From NCBI GenBank assembly GCA_965287045.1, contig OZ336876.1, positions 38,502,001-38,566,000 of the forward strand: a stretch of 64,000 nucleotides of DNA, in the 5' to 3' direction. Positions 62,972 to 64,000 of the stretch are shown piece by piece (positions within the stretch are counted from its first letter, which is position 1; each line of letters begins with the position of its first letter). Under the pieces are notes generated by a model. That model worked only from the letters and a program-made list of their open reading frames with translations, was not told where the DNA came from and did not search any database. A program made the translations under genes and the position numbers. The stretch is from Carcharhinus amblyrhynchos (lineage: Eukaryota).

Positions 62972-64000
62972 ACAGTATAGCAGTTATGCCATTGTACAGA
63001 ACTTTAAAGAAGAAATTAATCAAGCTTTTAACAAAGGCAATGTAAGAATCATAGGTGATTTTAATCTTTATATGACATAAGAGAACCAAATTTGCAACTG
63101 TGGTCTAGAAGATGAGTTTGTAGAATGTTCTTGTGATAGTTTTCTGGAACAATACATTGTGGAATCAATTAGGGATAAATCTATCTTTGATATAATGCTG
63201 TGAAGTGAGGCAGGGTAAATTAATATTGTCATGGTAAAAATCCATTGGGAAAATAGTGATCATAATATCAGTGAATTCCATGTTAAAGTCTGAGAGTGTC
63301 ATACTCCAATCACAAACAAGAATCTTAAACTTAAACATAAACAATTATATAGGTATCAAGGGAGACCAAACTAAGGTTGATTGGGTAAATAGACTATAAT
63401 ATATGGTGGTAAGTAAACAGTAGGAAACATTTACAGAAATTCAGAATGTTTAACAAAATATGTCCATTAAGAAACAAATTCAGCACAAAAGCTAAGGATA
63501 GAATTAGATTAAAAGATGAAGAGTATAATGTTTGTTTCTAATTTCCAAATGTTCCGGTGGAAAATCCCATAGAAAGACTTGGGTAAGAAGTCTAATGAAT
63601 AGCTGCCCTGAATGAAATCTGGCCCAATGTTTTCAAGAGTGCTACTGTTGAAGACCTTGCAAAGTTCAACTTCCATGGGGAAGTTTCAGTAGAAAGATCA
63701 TGCTGTTTAAACTTTTCTAACATTATTACAAAACATTGTAGATGTTAGATATTGCTTAGCAGGAAACCTACTTTCTGTGCTGCAAACCTCAATTTCCAGG
63801 TAAATGGTCTGTGGACCACATAAATTATGCATGTTCTCAAACTAACTGCAACTACTTAATCGCTTTTAGACAAGAAATTGAAAGAAAATGTTACGCATTG
63901 AATAAGATGAGGCTTTTGACCAGAGATCTGCAGACAAAAGATTATGAAACAACCTGTTAAAATGGGATAAGAACAACGTAATTTAGAGTGGAATGTGTGA

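Larger units (their letters stand above)
61130..63475 (+). mobile_element. Fragmented CR1 LINE 5' region (esterase ORF1 plus endonuclease), with nested MITE and SINE
   Basis: GTAGTGGTCCACATGGATACCAAT (VVVH..TN), endonuclease motifs ISETWLQ, GGG, VYRPPNS, IIGDFN and SDHN, with multiple stops. Confidence 0.85.

Overview
Vertebrate genomic DNA, most likely from a shark or other elasmobranch (inferred from the many HE1-type V-SINEs, CR1/HER1-like LINEs and Penelope-type repeats). It is not prokaryotic, so the ORF track is mostly noise. The only protein-coding gene I can support is a complete three-exon TRIB2 (Tribbles pseudokinase 2) on the + strand. Its CDS is join(13393..13665,14070..14362,22200..22674), 346 aa. 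It has a CpG-rich promoter at about 11.9-12.1 kb, a roughly 1.3 kb uORF-rich 5' leader and a roughly 2.6 kb 3' UTR. The rest is intergenic sequence rich in degenerate transposable elements: SINEs, CR1/L2-group LINEs, Penelope-like palindromes with hammerhead cores, PIF/Harbinger-like MITEs and a decayed Ty3/gypsy element. The most notable observations are: (1) a phased 42-bp TALE(PBX/PREP/MEIS)+CCAAT array in the promoter; (2) loss of the TRIB2-specific alphaC cysteines, with a TRIB1-like Tyr instead; (3) two in-frame 9-codon uORFs that both end Cys-Cys-UGA; (4) a locally triplicated/inverted Penelope hammerhead palindrome; (5) a size series linking a tRNA-like-headed SINE to both ends of a LINE. 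I cannot establish a wholly new biological system from sequence alone, so these are testable leads. Repeat boundaries are approximate and read by eye.
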